From positions 71,548,001 to 71,612,000 of the forward strand of contig NC_088793.1 in the NCBI RefSeq assembly GCF_011386835.1: 64,000 nt of DNA. Direction: 5' to 3'. Of this stretch, positions 50,069-62,476 are shown one piece after another. Positions within the stretch are counted from its first letter, which is position 1; the number at the start of each line of letters is the position of its first letter. The notes beneath the pieces are model-generated. The model was not told the DNA's origin. It worked only from the letters and a program-made list of their open reading frames with translations, and ran no database searches. This DNA is from Chrysemys picta bellii. Its lineage: Eukaryota. The position numbers and the translations under genes were made by a program.

Positions 50069-52013
50069 CTGCAACACAAAAGTTCACCACTTTTTTTCAA
50101 CCACAAAATACTTCTAGTTACCATTTAGTTTCATATACAGAGTTAACAATTAAATGAACACAAAATTATTTACATAGCCTGGTTAGATAGGGTAAAAAAG
50201 TTGATGTCTTAGTTTACAACCTAATTTAATTTCACATACTGTGCCTGAATTTTAAAATTGGACCAGCCTATAAAAATCCAATGCTTAGGGCACTAGCCTA
50301 GAACCTGGGACCCTGGCTCTGCTACAGACTTCGTGCATGACCTTGGAAAGACAAATCACAGTTTTCCTGTGCCTAAGGTCCCCATCTGTAAAATGGAGAC
50401 AATAGCACTCCCCTGTCTCGTAACAGATTATATTAGCCAGGCAGACCTATTAAAATGGGTCAGAAAATGTTATGACTCAAATCAAATTTTTAATTATGCA
50501 TGTTAAGAACATAATTAAGTCACATGCTTCAAGGCCAGAGTGTAAGCTGATGAACAAGCAGATCATCCACTTTCCAAGTGCAGCATTGCACAACTAAATA
50601 TGGCGTTCTGAGGATTTTGCAATACTTCTGTAGCATTGTTTATTGGCCACAATTGGAAGCAAGGATACCTGACTTCAGAGACAAATGGTCTGAATCACTA
50701 CAGAAAATCTTATGGGAAAAATACTCCCTTTTGCGTTAAAGAGAACTAATGTCCACAAAAATGAACTATAAAATAAATTCTACAAGTTAACATTTATGCC
50801 ATCCAGTTATGAGAAAAAATTGCTTGTAGTAATTGATAGTAGGCATATGTGGATACACCCACTGAAGAAATTAAGAACCATTTTTTATTTTGCAAGTTGG
50901 CAGAAAATCAAACCAAGTGGGAAGTTTTGGCTTTCGCAGACTTTTGAGGGAGTTTTTAATAGTACCCTCTGAATTTCACTATTCAATCGATAGGGCACAT
51001 GACCCTATCTTCCTAGAAATTCTTTATATATAGTCTGAAGTGATATTAGAACAGAACTGAATCTACACAGTGCAAGAACTCAAAATGTAATATCTTGAAA
51101 CCAATTCAAAATAATTTCTGAGGATTTTCTTTCTTAGATTCTCTCTCACATAAAGCCCAACCAAGACGAATTACCATTCAACCATGTTTAGATTTATGTG
51201 AATGTTATTCTGCACTCACATAACATGGCAATGAGCACAGTATAAATATTCTTTTAACAGAGAGATGTATTATAAATACATTTTTAGTCACAAAATAGTA
51301 TGGTTAAAGGAACTGTAACACGTTAGGGATTTATTCTTATTTTACTCCATATATCCTGGGCATCCTAGATTTTCATCTACTGTGTTTTAAATGCAAACAA
51401 ACAGAACAATGGCATAATGAAGTTCATTGAAGTTACGTAGTATCAACATTCAATCCTAGAATGTTGTCTCTCCTTTAGGAAAAGTACGAATTATGTGTGA
51501 GGCTAAATGTCTAGATCTTAAAAAAAAAAAAAAAAAAAGGAGGTGGAATGAAGAAAATAAGGGATTTGTTCTCAAATAAATAAGTTACATGTATTTTCTA
51601 GATTTTTACAATTTTAATTAAAAACTACTACATTAATGGAAACATAAACCAAACTTTTTCATAGCATGACCCCTCCCCCAATGTTAACTAACACTGAATG
51701 AGATTCTCACTCCCTCTTTGTCTCTCTACACGGATTAAAAGGGCTGGAGTGGCATAAAGAAGCTCTAAATACCCCAGATCTGACTGGGAAGAATTCCTTC
51801 ACTGCAGGAACTGGGGAAGACAGCCACAGGCCATTCTCCGAGGACCCTCTTACAAGTTCTGGTGGAGAACGCGTGGCTGGTGGCGGGGTATGTCAGTAGA
51901 AAAGCCATACCACATTACTGGGGGGGGGGGGGGGGGGAGAACAGGTACTATGCTTGATCTTAGCTCACAGAGAGCCGAGAAGAAATCCCATAACTTCTTT
52001 TCAAGCAAGCTTA

Positions 52014-52130
<117 letters not shown>

Positions 52131-54033
52131 CTAGATCAAGATAGCAAGGAATACTGTAGTTAAGGAAACAATTTCAGCTTGCCCGTAGCACTTCACAAAT
52201 ATTTAAACACGTTACACAGCATCAAAAATTAAAAATTTAGTGTAAAGAAATCAGACATATGAAGTGAAGTCCAAGTTTATAACGGAACTTTAATTTTATG
52301 CAGTCATAAAGAACAGCAACAAATTCTAGGGCTATTGTCATAAATGGCATAAGGGTTCTCCCATAGATCACCTACAGGGAAAAACAGTAAACTACATACA
52401 TTAAATTTTTCACGAAATATTTATATTGCATACAAATTTGTAAAGTTACTTACTTCACACAAGAGCTACTCAAAAAGAACCTAGGAAAAAGGAAGAATAG
52501 TTGCTTCCCCCTTATTCTTTTCTTCATCCTTCCAATGCAAAGTTGCATGTATTCTAACACTATGCTGAAGTGTAGTAGAAGACAGAGTAAGGGATACGTC
52601 TCTTCCCTCCACCCCCATACTTTCAATACTGAGATTGTCAGATTAATGAGAATTTATACAGTCATTTCCTTTAACACTCTCCTTCATGAGCAAAATGTGA
52701 ACTAAAACAAGTTCTCTCCATTTCAGTTGTTTGCCTCCAATTAACCCTCTAATGAAGCCATAATACTGAATTTTAACTTTTACTATTATTTCCGTAAGAG
52801 TGGGTAGATGATATAATCCTGCACTTTGACTTCACTAAAGGGGGTTAGACAGAGATCCCTACATTTAGATTTCAAAATACTTCCCATTATAAGAGATTCT
52901 TGAGTCTTTTTTTGGGAGAAGCTCGAACATCTCCATTTTTTGGAGCAGGCCCTTGAAATTCAGCAGGGGGGCCCCACTAGGAATAGAAATGTCTTTTCTG
53001 GGACCCATCCAATTCTATTCAGGTTTGGCGGAGATATAAACTGTTGAAAAGTTCAATTTCCCTTTTCTTGCTCGCATTCCTCAGGAAAATCCCGGAAGCA
53101 TGCCAAAATAATAACCAAACATGAATGCTCTGATTTATGGCCAAGCCTGTGCTGTCACCAAAGGAGAGGATGGGAGGTGCCAAGGTAGCTGTGTGTGTGG
53201 GGATGGCACACGAAGGGCCATCTCTCCCACATGGGGCAGCAGCTCCTCCCATACATGTGATGTGGGGTGCAGAGAGACAAAGAAATGGGCTGGGCAACCA
53301 CCACTCAAACTTAACACCTGGCCCAGCCGTCTATCCCAGCCTCCTGGATCACAGCTTTCTGCTGATGCCAGCTAACACAGTTAATCCTGTAGTTCAAGTG
53401 GTAGCAATTTGTGCTGCAATGATGAAGGCCAAGGCTTCAAATGCTATGCATGACTGGGGTTATTACAATTACATACAATAGAATCTGATCTCACCATTTG
53501 CCTTAAAAAAGAAATTAACATTCATTTTTATTTGTAAGTTGCAAAGAAATCAAACACTACAAAAAATTTTTGAAATTCAAAGTAAGTTTTCTACAGAAAA
53601 GTTACTTCTACTACATTGCATAAAGGCAATAATTTCTATTTCTCATATCCTTATTAAATGCAAGGCCTTATTACTATTAATGTTACATAAAATACACAAA
53701 TTACTATGTAAAGAGTTTAATGATTCAGTGGAAACAACTTTTGGAAATTCCTGATTTCTCAGTCTTTCTACGCTGCATACATTGGGTATAAGTATATACC
53801 AGCAGTAATAAGACATGTTCAAAGACTTAACCATCTCTAGTATTTTACTTGGTGAGCATGTCTTGGAAAAAGGCCTTTTAAAAGATTTCTCCTCTCTTTA
53901 TCCTCTTCCACTTCTCTTTTTTGTTGCTTTAATGCTAATTTACACATTTGATGGACACCAACTCGAAAAAAAAAATCATTGTCTGAAAATGTAGACAGTA
54001 TAGTTACAAGTGACCCCTATAATTATTGTAACC

Positions 54034-54472
54034 TAAGTTCCCTGTAAGCTGCGTGGCTGTGAAGCAGCCTATTTAGCACTGCACAGGCGCTCAGGGAACC
54101 CGCCCAGGGACCTGCCGCGGCCAGGGGAGGAGCACCCCTTCCCTAGCCCCCAACCGACCGTGGGAGGGGCGCCCCTCCCCTGGCCCCCAACTCAGCCTGC
54201 GGCACGGCCAGAGCAGCCCGACCCTGGAGTGGCCCGGCCCCAGGCACGGCGCAGCCTGACCCAGGCGCGGCGGTCACAGCGGCCCTCCCCCAGCCCAGAC
54301 CTGCTGGGGCTGGGGGAAGGGCACCTATCCTGCAGCCCCAGAGCTCCCACGGAGGGGAGAGGTGCCTCTCCCCCACAGCCCAGGTGCTGCTGTGGGGAGA
54401 GAGTACTGGGGGGAGTCCTCTCTCCCCGACGTAGCCCCAGAGCACCCTCCTGCACCCCAAACCCTTCATCCT
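54034..54472. mobile_element. GC-rich non-autonomous DNA transposon fragment (hAT-like)
   Basis: Begins GTTCCCTGTAAGCTGCG, with a CpG-rich interior and the CCTGCACCCCAAACCC motif common in turtle hAT MITEs as recalled. The second end is not seen. Confidence 0.55.
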
Positions 54473-55592
54473 TTATTAACTGCAGTGTCTACAAAAGAAA
54501 ACCCACAAGACATCAACTTAATTATGAACTTGAGGACTGAGTGGGGGTTTAAGAACACACAAATCCATACTTTCCCATGGAGTTTCCTTTTCAAAGAGTA
54601 ATTGTATACTAAGGCTTACTTGCTCACATCAAAGAGTCTAGTGAATACGCAATTAACATCTAAACATTCTGTGGAGTATTCCTAAAACAGATATTTCCCT
54701 GCTTAGTCTAAACTCAATTCTTTTTGAAGAGATTATTAGCATTTAGATAGTTTACTCATTCCAGGAAGTGTTTGTATTCCAGACTAAGGTACCAATTTAT
54801 CAGCAAAGGGTTATTTTAGACCCCAGTACATTTTATATGTACATTAAGTTTTAAGTTTCAGATAAGTTATTTTGTAAGTGTCTTTTTAATGAAGTTTTAC
54901 CCAGCCTTTTTTGAATAGTAATCTGTTTTAAGGATTAAACTCACTATACCCAGTAGTAATTTAAATATATTGGGGTAAAATTTGTTTTCCATATATTGGA
55001 ATGGATCATTATCCTCTGTCATAATATCTGAGGTGCTCAAACTAACAGGCCCTAGATTTAAACATTAAAGGCTGATGCCTAGGCATTGTTGACAGAGGAC
55101 TCAACTCTGAAAGTCGGTCCTCTTGTTGGTCTGACAGAGCCCAGCATTACAGGCCTTCAATGCCCACTGCACGATCCATTTCATTTTGCAGGCATTTCTC
55201 AGAGGGCAGTTGGGTAGGAAGAAGGGGGATTTTTTTTTGGTAAGGGAATGTCTCTATTACAACAGAGGTGAGGTTGTTTGTATGTGTGTAAATTATGTAT
55301 ACACCTCCTGAATTTTATAAAAGGGTGCACTTTATTGTTATTACTATTATTTCAGTGATGCCCAAAGGCCCCAATCACATATTTTTTTTCCACAGGACCC
55401 TGTGCACATACAGTGCATAAGATGGACAGTGCTCAGAGAATAAGGCATTTGTTCAGGATTTTCTTTTATCCTCTCATCATTCACTGCACTGAACCCAGAA
55501 TTTATTATTTCCTCATAAACACTTGTCTTGCATTCATCACCATAATACTGAGCGCCCCATGTTCATTGTTGAATTCAACTTTCTAGCACCCT

Positions 55593-55595
<3 letters not shown>

Positions 55596-55639
<44 letters not shown>
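55596..55639. repeat. (AG)22 microsatellite
   Basis: Read directly from the sequence. Confidence 0.97.
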
Positions 55640-55641
<2 letters not shown>

Positions 55642-55759
55642 TTTATCCACATTTTACAGAATAGGGAACTTCACACAAAAAAAATTATACTCATAACTAA
55701 GTTTTTAAATCAGATTAGTTAAACTGGTGCAAGCTTGTGTATAGATGCTTCCTCGCAAG

Positions 55760-56548
55760 ATGACACTGGTCCTTTAAGAGGGTAGAGGCCAGTGCAATTG
55801 TGATTGTCAGCTGACTGCTAATTGGGTTTTAGGAAAAGGCACCTGAGCCATATAAATGGCTACAGACTGAGACAGAAGGCCCAGTGAGGAAATGGGTCAG
55901 CTAAGAGCTGCCTGAGTCAGTCAGGAGAAGAGGAGCCAGAGGGCTGAAGGTAGCAGAACAGCACAAGGGAATTGCTTGCCAACTTCTAAGGCTAAACGCC
56001 AACACTGAGGGCTGGAAAGACAGGGGAACAGCACAGGGGCTTACCTGCTCAAGTCTCCAAACTGGAGAGCTGCATCTAGGGGAACAATGAGAGAGTCGGG
56101 GCAGTTAGGGATGCTTCCTTAGTGAGGATGAACTCCCAGCAGGGAAGCTGTGGGGGTTCCTGCTGGGAAGAGAAGGGTTGCACTCAATCTGGAAGGGCTG
56201 GGGTGGCTGTCCTGGTAAAAGGACAGGACGGGATCAAAGAGCTTGGGTGTGGTAGAAAGACACAGGAGAATGATACGCACTTGTGGATGGACTCGAAGGT
56301 GTTGGATTTTAAAGACTACCTGCCATGCACATACGCAGACAGTGATAAATGAACTATATTTACGGACTTGTTATGGACCATTTTGCACTACATTTTTATA
56401 ATAAACTGGCCCAAGGAAGTGTATTATTATGCAAGGGAGCTGTCATGGAGTTACTGGGGCCTCCAAAGGAAGGAAGCTGAGGCAGGTTTGCCTATCGTGG
56501 CGTGGCCTGCTGCAAGAAGGCACCTCAGGTGGGAGCCATGCCAATACG
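55760..56548 (+). mobile_element. Probable solo LTR (~790 bp)
   Basis: TATAAA at 55851 and AATAAA at 56400 in U3-R-U5 order, a purine-rich interior and no ORF. The TG...CA ends are degraded and no TSD is seen. Confidence 0.5.
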
Positions 56549-56602
56549 ATTTTGGTTCAATAGTTGTTTATTTCAGTTGAAGCTTTTTTTAAAAAAACCT
56601 GA

Positions 56603-56805
56603 TTAAATAAATAAATAAATTGAGATGTCCTATCTCCTAGAACTGGAAGGGACCTTGAAAGGTCATCAAGTCCAGCCCCCTGCCTTCACTAGCAGGACCA
56701 AGTACTGATTTTGCCCCAGATCCCTAAGAAGCCCCCTCAAGGATTGAACTCACAACCCTGGGTTTAGCAGGCCAAAGCTCAAACCACTAAGCTATCCCTC
56801 CCCCC
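56603..56805 (-). mobile_element. Tortoise PolIII/SINE (tRNA-derived head with CR1-like tail)
   Basis: On the minus strand: GGGAGGGATAGCTTAGTGGTTTGAGC (A box), GTGAGTTCAATCC (B box), the CR1-type GACCTTTCAAGGTCCCTTCCAGTTCTA and a (TTTA)n tail. Confidence 0.9.
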
Positions 56806-57177
56806 AAAGTGTCTACACACAAACTCCCAACAGTTTAACTTAATGGGTTTAAAAACTGATTTTAAGTTAAACCGGTGAAATGTCTGAATTTAATCAAGGC
56901 CACAGAAATAAAAACCAAATATTTCAAGTGTCTACTGTTTTGTGCTGCCCAACTTAAAACATCAAGAGCTTAATATTTCAGAGATGCTGAGCACCTACAG
57001 TTATCATTGACTTCAACTGGAGTACACCGCGCTCCTCAAAATCAGGATCTGATTGTCTCAAACTGGGCACACAGAAAGTCAGTTCCCATGTGTTATAAGT
57101 CAGGTTTTCCAGACCTCACATAATTTTTGTATCTTTTCTGAATGATTTTCCAAATTTTCAATATATTTTTAAAGAGT

Positions 57178-57330
57178 GTGGCTACAATATTCCAGCAGTT
57201 GTCTCAGCAATGCTATATACTAACTTAACATCACCTCCATTCTCCTGCTCAATATTCCTGGTTACACAAGGAACTACATTAGTTCTTTTAGCCACAGCAC
57301 TGCGAGATCACGTTCCCTTGTTATCTAACA
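57178..57330 (-). mobile_element. Old CR1 ORF2 fragment
   Basis: Degenerate match to the CR1 RT C-terminal region seen at 7080-7230. Confidence 0.45.
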
Positions 57331-57596
57331 TGAATAGGGATATGATTTTGCCACAGTAATCATGGAAACGATGAATTTGAATAAAATCTGTGAAATGTCC
57401 TTAGAGTAAAATGCCCCCCAAACTAAGTGGTGTTGCAATATAGCCCTCCACTCCTCTGTGTCCATTTATGGCAGGACGGATGTGCCAAACTTCAGTGGCA
57501 CTGTAACTCCGTGCATTAGGCCGCAATGCCCGGAGTAGGGAGCCAAACCCAGCCCTGTGGGACAGGAGCTGCCACTGTGATGTAAACGTAGGGTGC

Positions 57597-57791
57597 GAGA
57601 AATTTCCTGTCAGGGTAGTTAAGCACTGGAATAAATGGTCTAGGGAGATTGTGGAATCTCCGTCATTGGAGATTTTTAAGAGTGGGTTAGAGAAACACCT
57701 GTCAGAGATGGTCTAGATAATACTTAGACCTGCCATGAGTGCAAGGGACTGGACTAGATGACCTCTTGAGCTCTCTTCCAGTCCTATGATT
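57597..57791 (+). mobile_element. CR1 3' end fragment
   Basis: Closely similar to 35648-35830; ends CCAGTCCTATGATT. Confidence 0.9.
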
Positions 57792-57851
57792 ACAGGATCA
57801 AGGCTTTGGACCACAGTTAAGACTCCAGGCCATCAACGGTTGCGAGGAAAA

Positions 57852-58251
57852 CAGAGTTGGTCAGGAATTTTCAGACCATTTTTTTTATAATCAGAAAATG
57901 ACAATTTGTCAAAACCAAAATTGTTAGCAGGAAAAAGGATCAGCTTTGATGAATATCCTGATTCTAAAACTTACTGGAAAAAAAATTCAAAATTGTTAAA
58001 ATAGGATGTTTTGACATTTTCTAAATGAAAAGTTTTGTTTCTAAATAACTTCCATTGGAAATGTTAGTTAATTTATACTAAAAAGAATTTAAAAAGTGAA
58101 ATCAAAATGAAGTGTTTCAATTAACCTGATCTGAAATGTTTTTGGATTATTGGTTCACAAAAATTTGAGATTATTTTTCCTGTCCTGAATCAGGACAAGA
58201 AAAATATTCTAAATTTCATGGGACTAGAAAACCATTTCCTGACCAGCTGTT
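57852..58251. mobile_element. Old AT-rich MITE
   Basis: Inverted ends CAGAGTTGGTCAGGAA/TTCCTGACCAGCTGT; the possible 8-bp TSD is degraded (6/8). Confidence 0.55.
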
Positions 58252-58489
58252 GAAGACAAAGAACCCTAAATTCAGACCCCAGTGAGCAGATAAAATCATA
58301 TTCAGCTGTTTCCAAAAATGTATTATGTGTAGGTGTACACATTACAAATATGTCCTCTTAGTGGTGTGAAAACTTAAATAGTTATTCTTAAATATATATT
58401 TAGAAAGCTTATCAGTTCCTCTTTGTAAGAGGATTCCCTCAAAATACTCTAGTTATTAACTACCATTGTTCAAGTGGACTGTTGAAACT

Positions 58490-59070
58490 AAGGTTTCAGC
58501 TACACTACAGTTACGTTGTGTCTACATCAAATTCGTCTCTAGCCAGCATAAGTGCCTCATTACATTAACATAGTACCCCTGCCCCTCCACCAAAATGCCA
58601 TAGTTGACCTACTTAAGTCGATGCAATATGAGTGAAGACACTGCATGATATGTGTTGACTTTAACAGTCCTCTAGTCACTGTCCCACAAAGCCCCATTCC
58701 CTGCAAGAGAGACCACTCTGATCACAATTTTAAACTCCACTGACCAGGGGTCAGAGAGACCGGAAGCCACACTCCTTAAAACCTTCCGTACCTTTGAAAT
58801 TTTTCTGATTGCCCAACTTGGCAAGCAGACCTAGCAGATCAGCTTTGTTGTGTGCAGCTGCCCAATAGACCATGCCAGCTCCGTGCACACAGAGAGGTAC
58901 AAGACATGCTCCTGCCTGGAGCAGACAGGAAGTATTGGATCTTTTGAGCCAGTGAGGAGAAGAGGCTATGGAAGCACAGCTATGAACCAGACACAGAAAC
59001 ACGGACAACTACAAGTAGATTGCATGGGGGAGGTGCAGGCAAAAGGGTCCGACAGGGATCATCAGTAGTA
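58490..59070 (+). mobile_element. Harbinger element fragment with Myb/SANT-like (trihelix) ORF relic
   Basis: Harbinger-like left end GGTTTCAGCTACACT. From 58908 it translates APAWSRQEVLDLLSQ*GEEAMEAQL*TRHRNTDNYK*IAWG, then after a frameshift QAKGSDRDHQ. Confidence 0.75.
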
Positions 59071-59327
59071 CTATGGGAAAGTAAAGGAACTTTGCTAGGG
59101 ATTCTACAAGGCTAGGGAGAGTAACAATAGATCTGGTACTGTGTTGGAGAACTGGCACTTCTACAACAAATTGCATGTAATACTTGTTGGAGATGCCACC
59201 AGCACCCTGCAGCTCACAGATTACTGTAGTTGAGGATAACAGAAGCTTTCAAATAGTATATGGTTTAAAGTTGTTTGGAAGTCACTTTAAAGAAGAAAAA
59301 TATATAATATTGCATACACACACATAT

Positions 59328-59333
<6 letters not shown>

Positions 59334-59365
<32 letters not shown>
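59334..59365. repeat. (AC)16 microsatellite
   Basis: Read directly from the sequence. Confidence 0.95.
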
Positions 59366-59366
<1 letters not shown>

Positions 59367-61842
59367 ACTCCCAGTACTGGGTTTAGATTTTCCATAGTGG
59401 AGTGGTCAGCATTGTAGGATTTGGGTGCCAAGGCTCATATAACATAAAAGGGAGCTGTGTACATTCTGCACTATTCAAACCAACAACAGACAACAACCAA
59501 AAGGTGCACAAATCAGACAGGTTCTATTTAGTTACAGTGGATGTGTGGTGGCAGAAGCAAATTAACTATGGAAAAGAATGGAATAGAGCCATGAGGACAA
59601 TACTCCAGAAACAAAGTATCAAAAAAGGAAGGGAAGTTATTTTATTGACTTTTAATTATTTTATTTGTTAAGTTTACCTTTTCCTATACACGTACCCTTA
59701 AGATCAGGTTTAAATAAAAATAAAAACCCACACACTGTATTGCAAAGCATCTGTTAACTGAACTTTGCAAATAGAGAGATACCATTTATTACTAATTATT
59801 TAATCAGATGGGCCTCCATTCAACAACTGAATGAATCTGCACTGGTATCATCACTACTTTCAAGACAAAAATTTTCAGTTCATTTCCAAACTTTCAGAAT
59901 TATATACTGTTTTATAAATCCTTCTGGATTTTTCTAAAATGTAGCATAAGGCATAACATATTCCTTTAAAGGCTTATTTATCCACAATTTTTCAAGCAAA
60001 TTTAAAGCCACATTTTCCAAGCAACTCCTAAAATATTAAAATAAGATCTCTAATTTAGCTAGCATCATAAAACAGATGAGCAGAACACAACATTTAGAAA
60101 AATTAGCACTTTTCTGTGCTGCTTGAAATCTAGGGTAAGGTCTGTAGCTTTGTTCCCTAATTATTAATGCTTTTTCAGACTATTTGGTACTTGAGTTAAA
60201 AATAAGACAATCACAGAAGCAATCAGAAGTTTCCCAGGGGTAAAGGAAAGGAAGGTTGCTGCTGAACCTGACTTTTAGGTTGTTTTTCATTCTTGCTTTG
60301 AATATTCTTTCATGGCACATTAATTCTGGGTTGACTTTTATTCACCATGATAATTACGTACCCATCTTACCCCAACTTGAGGACTTTAAACAACAAAATG
60401 CCACCTGGAAGTTGGATATATGTTTGGCTTGTGTATGCCTCTCACCTCCTAAATTATAGCCATGCAGAGGAACAAAATACAGTATATTCATGTGTTATCC
60501 AGTAAAACTTGGCCAAACCAAACTGAAAGCACAAGCACAGATCTTATGTTTATTAGCTAGGACTTGGGGCCTGTAACTATTCCAGAACTTAAATCTATTA
60601 ATAAACCAGTGGCAGTGCTATCTGCTGACCAGACAACCTTGATAATACAAGAGCAAAGCTGGGATTATACAAGAATTCTTTTGCGTTTTTCAGTTTAGAT
60701 TTGCTGATGTTCATCTTGGGACATCTAACTGATGTCCACATACTATAATAAAACAACCATTTTAATTCCTTGTAAAGGGTGATTACACCTAGAGAGCAAG
60801 AATTCTAAAATGAAGTATTAACAGTTTTCTTCTAGTGCACAATGCTATGTCGTTAGTTACAGCATATAGTCACTAGCAATTGTGAAATCAATGAAGGCAC
60901 AAAAAGAAAGGGGTGACAAGGAAGGGGTTCATACATCTTGGAATTTAATCATAGTGGACAAGTTCTGTTTCTAGTTCACCTGTTCCATTGCAAAGCAGTT
61001 TTTGTTGCTTCCACTGCAATACGAGTTTATCCTCTAGGCATTTTTACTACTCTCAGAACTGTGGTATCCAGTGGCCTATCAAGAACTGCTGGTAGATCAC
61101 ATACACTTAACTCAAAATGCTAAAATAACTGTTACAAAAATTTCTCCCTACCCTTTGACAAAAGTCCCCTTCCCTTGGTCTAAAAACAAATGGATCACCT
61201 TCATTTTTTCCTCAGATTGAGAGGCAAGTCTCAGGATGACAGTGTGATATAGTAAACTAATTAGGACTCAAGACTCCTATAGTTTAATTCTTGCTGAGGC
61301 CTCAATCTAGGCACACATTTTTGGTGCACCAAATCCTGCCTGCAGGTGTCAGCATGCATACAGAGGTACATCTGTAAGAGGACCCCAAGATTTGTATATC
61401 AAGCCTCAGAGTTCTACCTCCCAGTTAGACATTGTGTGGCCCTGAATTTCCCCATCTGTAAAATGAGGTGGCAATCCTTACTGTCCTCAGGTGTTGTGAG
61501 GATTAAACATTTGTATAGTATTTTACTTGTTCAAAGTGCTAAGTACAACATATTATATTTGCTATGTGATACTCACTTTTATGGGTCATCAGTGGGCACC
61601 TGTTTATGATCTCTAAAATTACCACAACCTTAACTTTTTCCATGGGTGTAAGGGCTAGCTACAAGCAATATCTCAAAAGACACTTAATTGTTTGATTACT
61701 GAACATAGGCAAATATACAAATTTCAGAGTCTTCTTCAAATACAAAAGTACTTCCAATTCCTTAATACAGAAACATTGTTTGGAAATGATGGAATTAAAT
61801 GTTTAAAAGGAAGAGGTATGTGTAATTCTGACACAAGACATT

Positions 61843-61920
61843 TCATAGAGTCACAGAAACAGAACCGGAAGGGACCTCAATAAGTCATCTAGTCCAGTCC
61901 CCTGCACTGAGGCAGGACTA
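61843..61920 (-). mobile_element. Short CR1 3' tail fragment
   Basis: TCATAGAGTCACAGA...GGAAGGGACCTCAATAAGTCATCTAGTCCAGTCCCCTGC is the reverse complement of a CR1 3' end. Confidence 0.75.
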
Positions 61921-61928
61921 TCTAGTCC

Positions 61929-62476
61929 CGGGGGTTCTCACAATAATTTTTTTTGGTGGCCTCAGAGCGTGGCCACCAACTCTTGCTAGTGGCCACTCTG
62001 ACAATTTTTCCTAAAATACTTAACTTTAGGAAAAAAATAAATATGCCCATATATAAGTCCAAATCATTGTAATTTATTTGTGTAGGATTTTATTTGTAAA
62101 CTGAAAAACAACGTACAGTTTCCTCTATTCTTTACTTGACCAAGACAGAATAGAAACAAAAATAAGGTGCTTTGCATGTTGTTGTTTTCTTTTGCCTTTT
62201 GGGGTTTTTTGTTTTGTTTTTTTTGGGGGGGGGAGGGGGGACTTGCTAGCTAGACTTTTAGGCTGTGGGAAGTGGCGACCAGCACATCCCTCGGCCCACG
62301 CCGCTTCCCGCGGCCTCCATTGGCCTGGAGCAGCGAACCGCAGCCAGTGGGAGCCGCGATTGGCTGAACCTGAGGACGCGGCAGGTAAACAAACTGGCCC
62401 GGCCCGCCAGGGTAATTACCCTGGCAGGCTGCGTGCTTACCCTGGCAGGCTGCGTGCCAAAGGTTGCCAATCCCTG
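61929..62476. mobile_element. Composite of hAT-type MITE fragments
   Basis: Left end CGGGGGTTCTCA, right end AGGTTGCCAATCCCTG (same TIR class as 12180-12527). The interior switches from AT-rich to CpG-rich at ~62260. Confidence 0.7.

Noticed and set aside
51919-51937. Long G homopolymer (also at ~28846-28871 and ~49339-49355) as functional G-quadruplex sites
   Set aside because: They are C-runs on the transcribed strand, homopolymer lengths are error-prone, and two lie within TEs.
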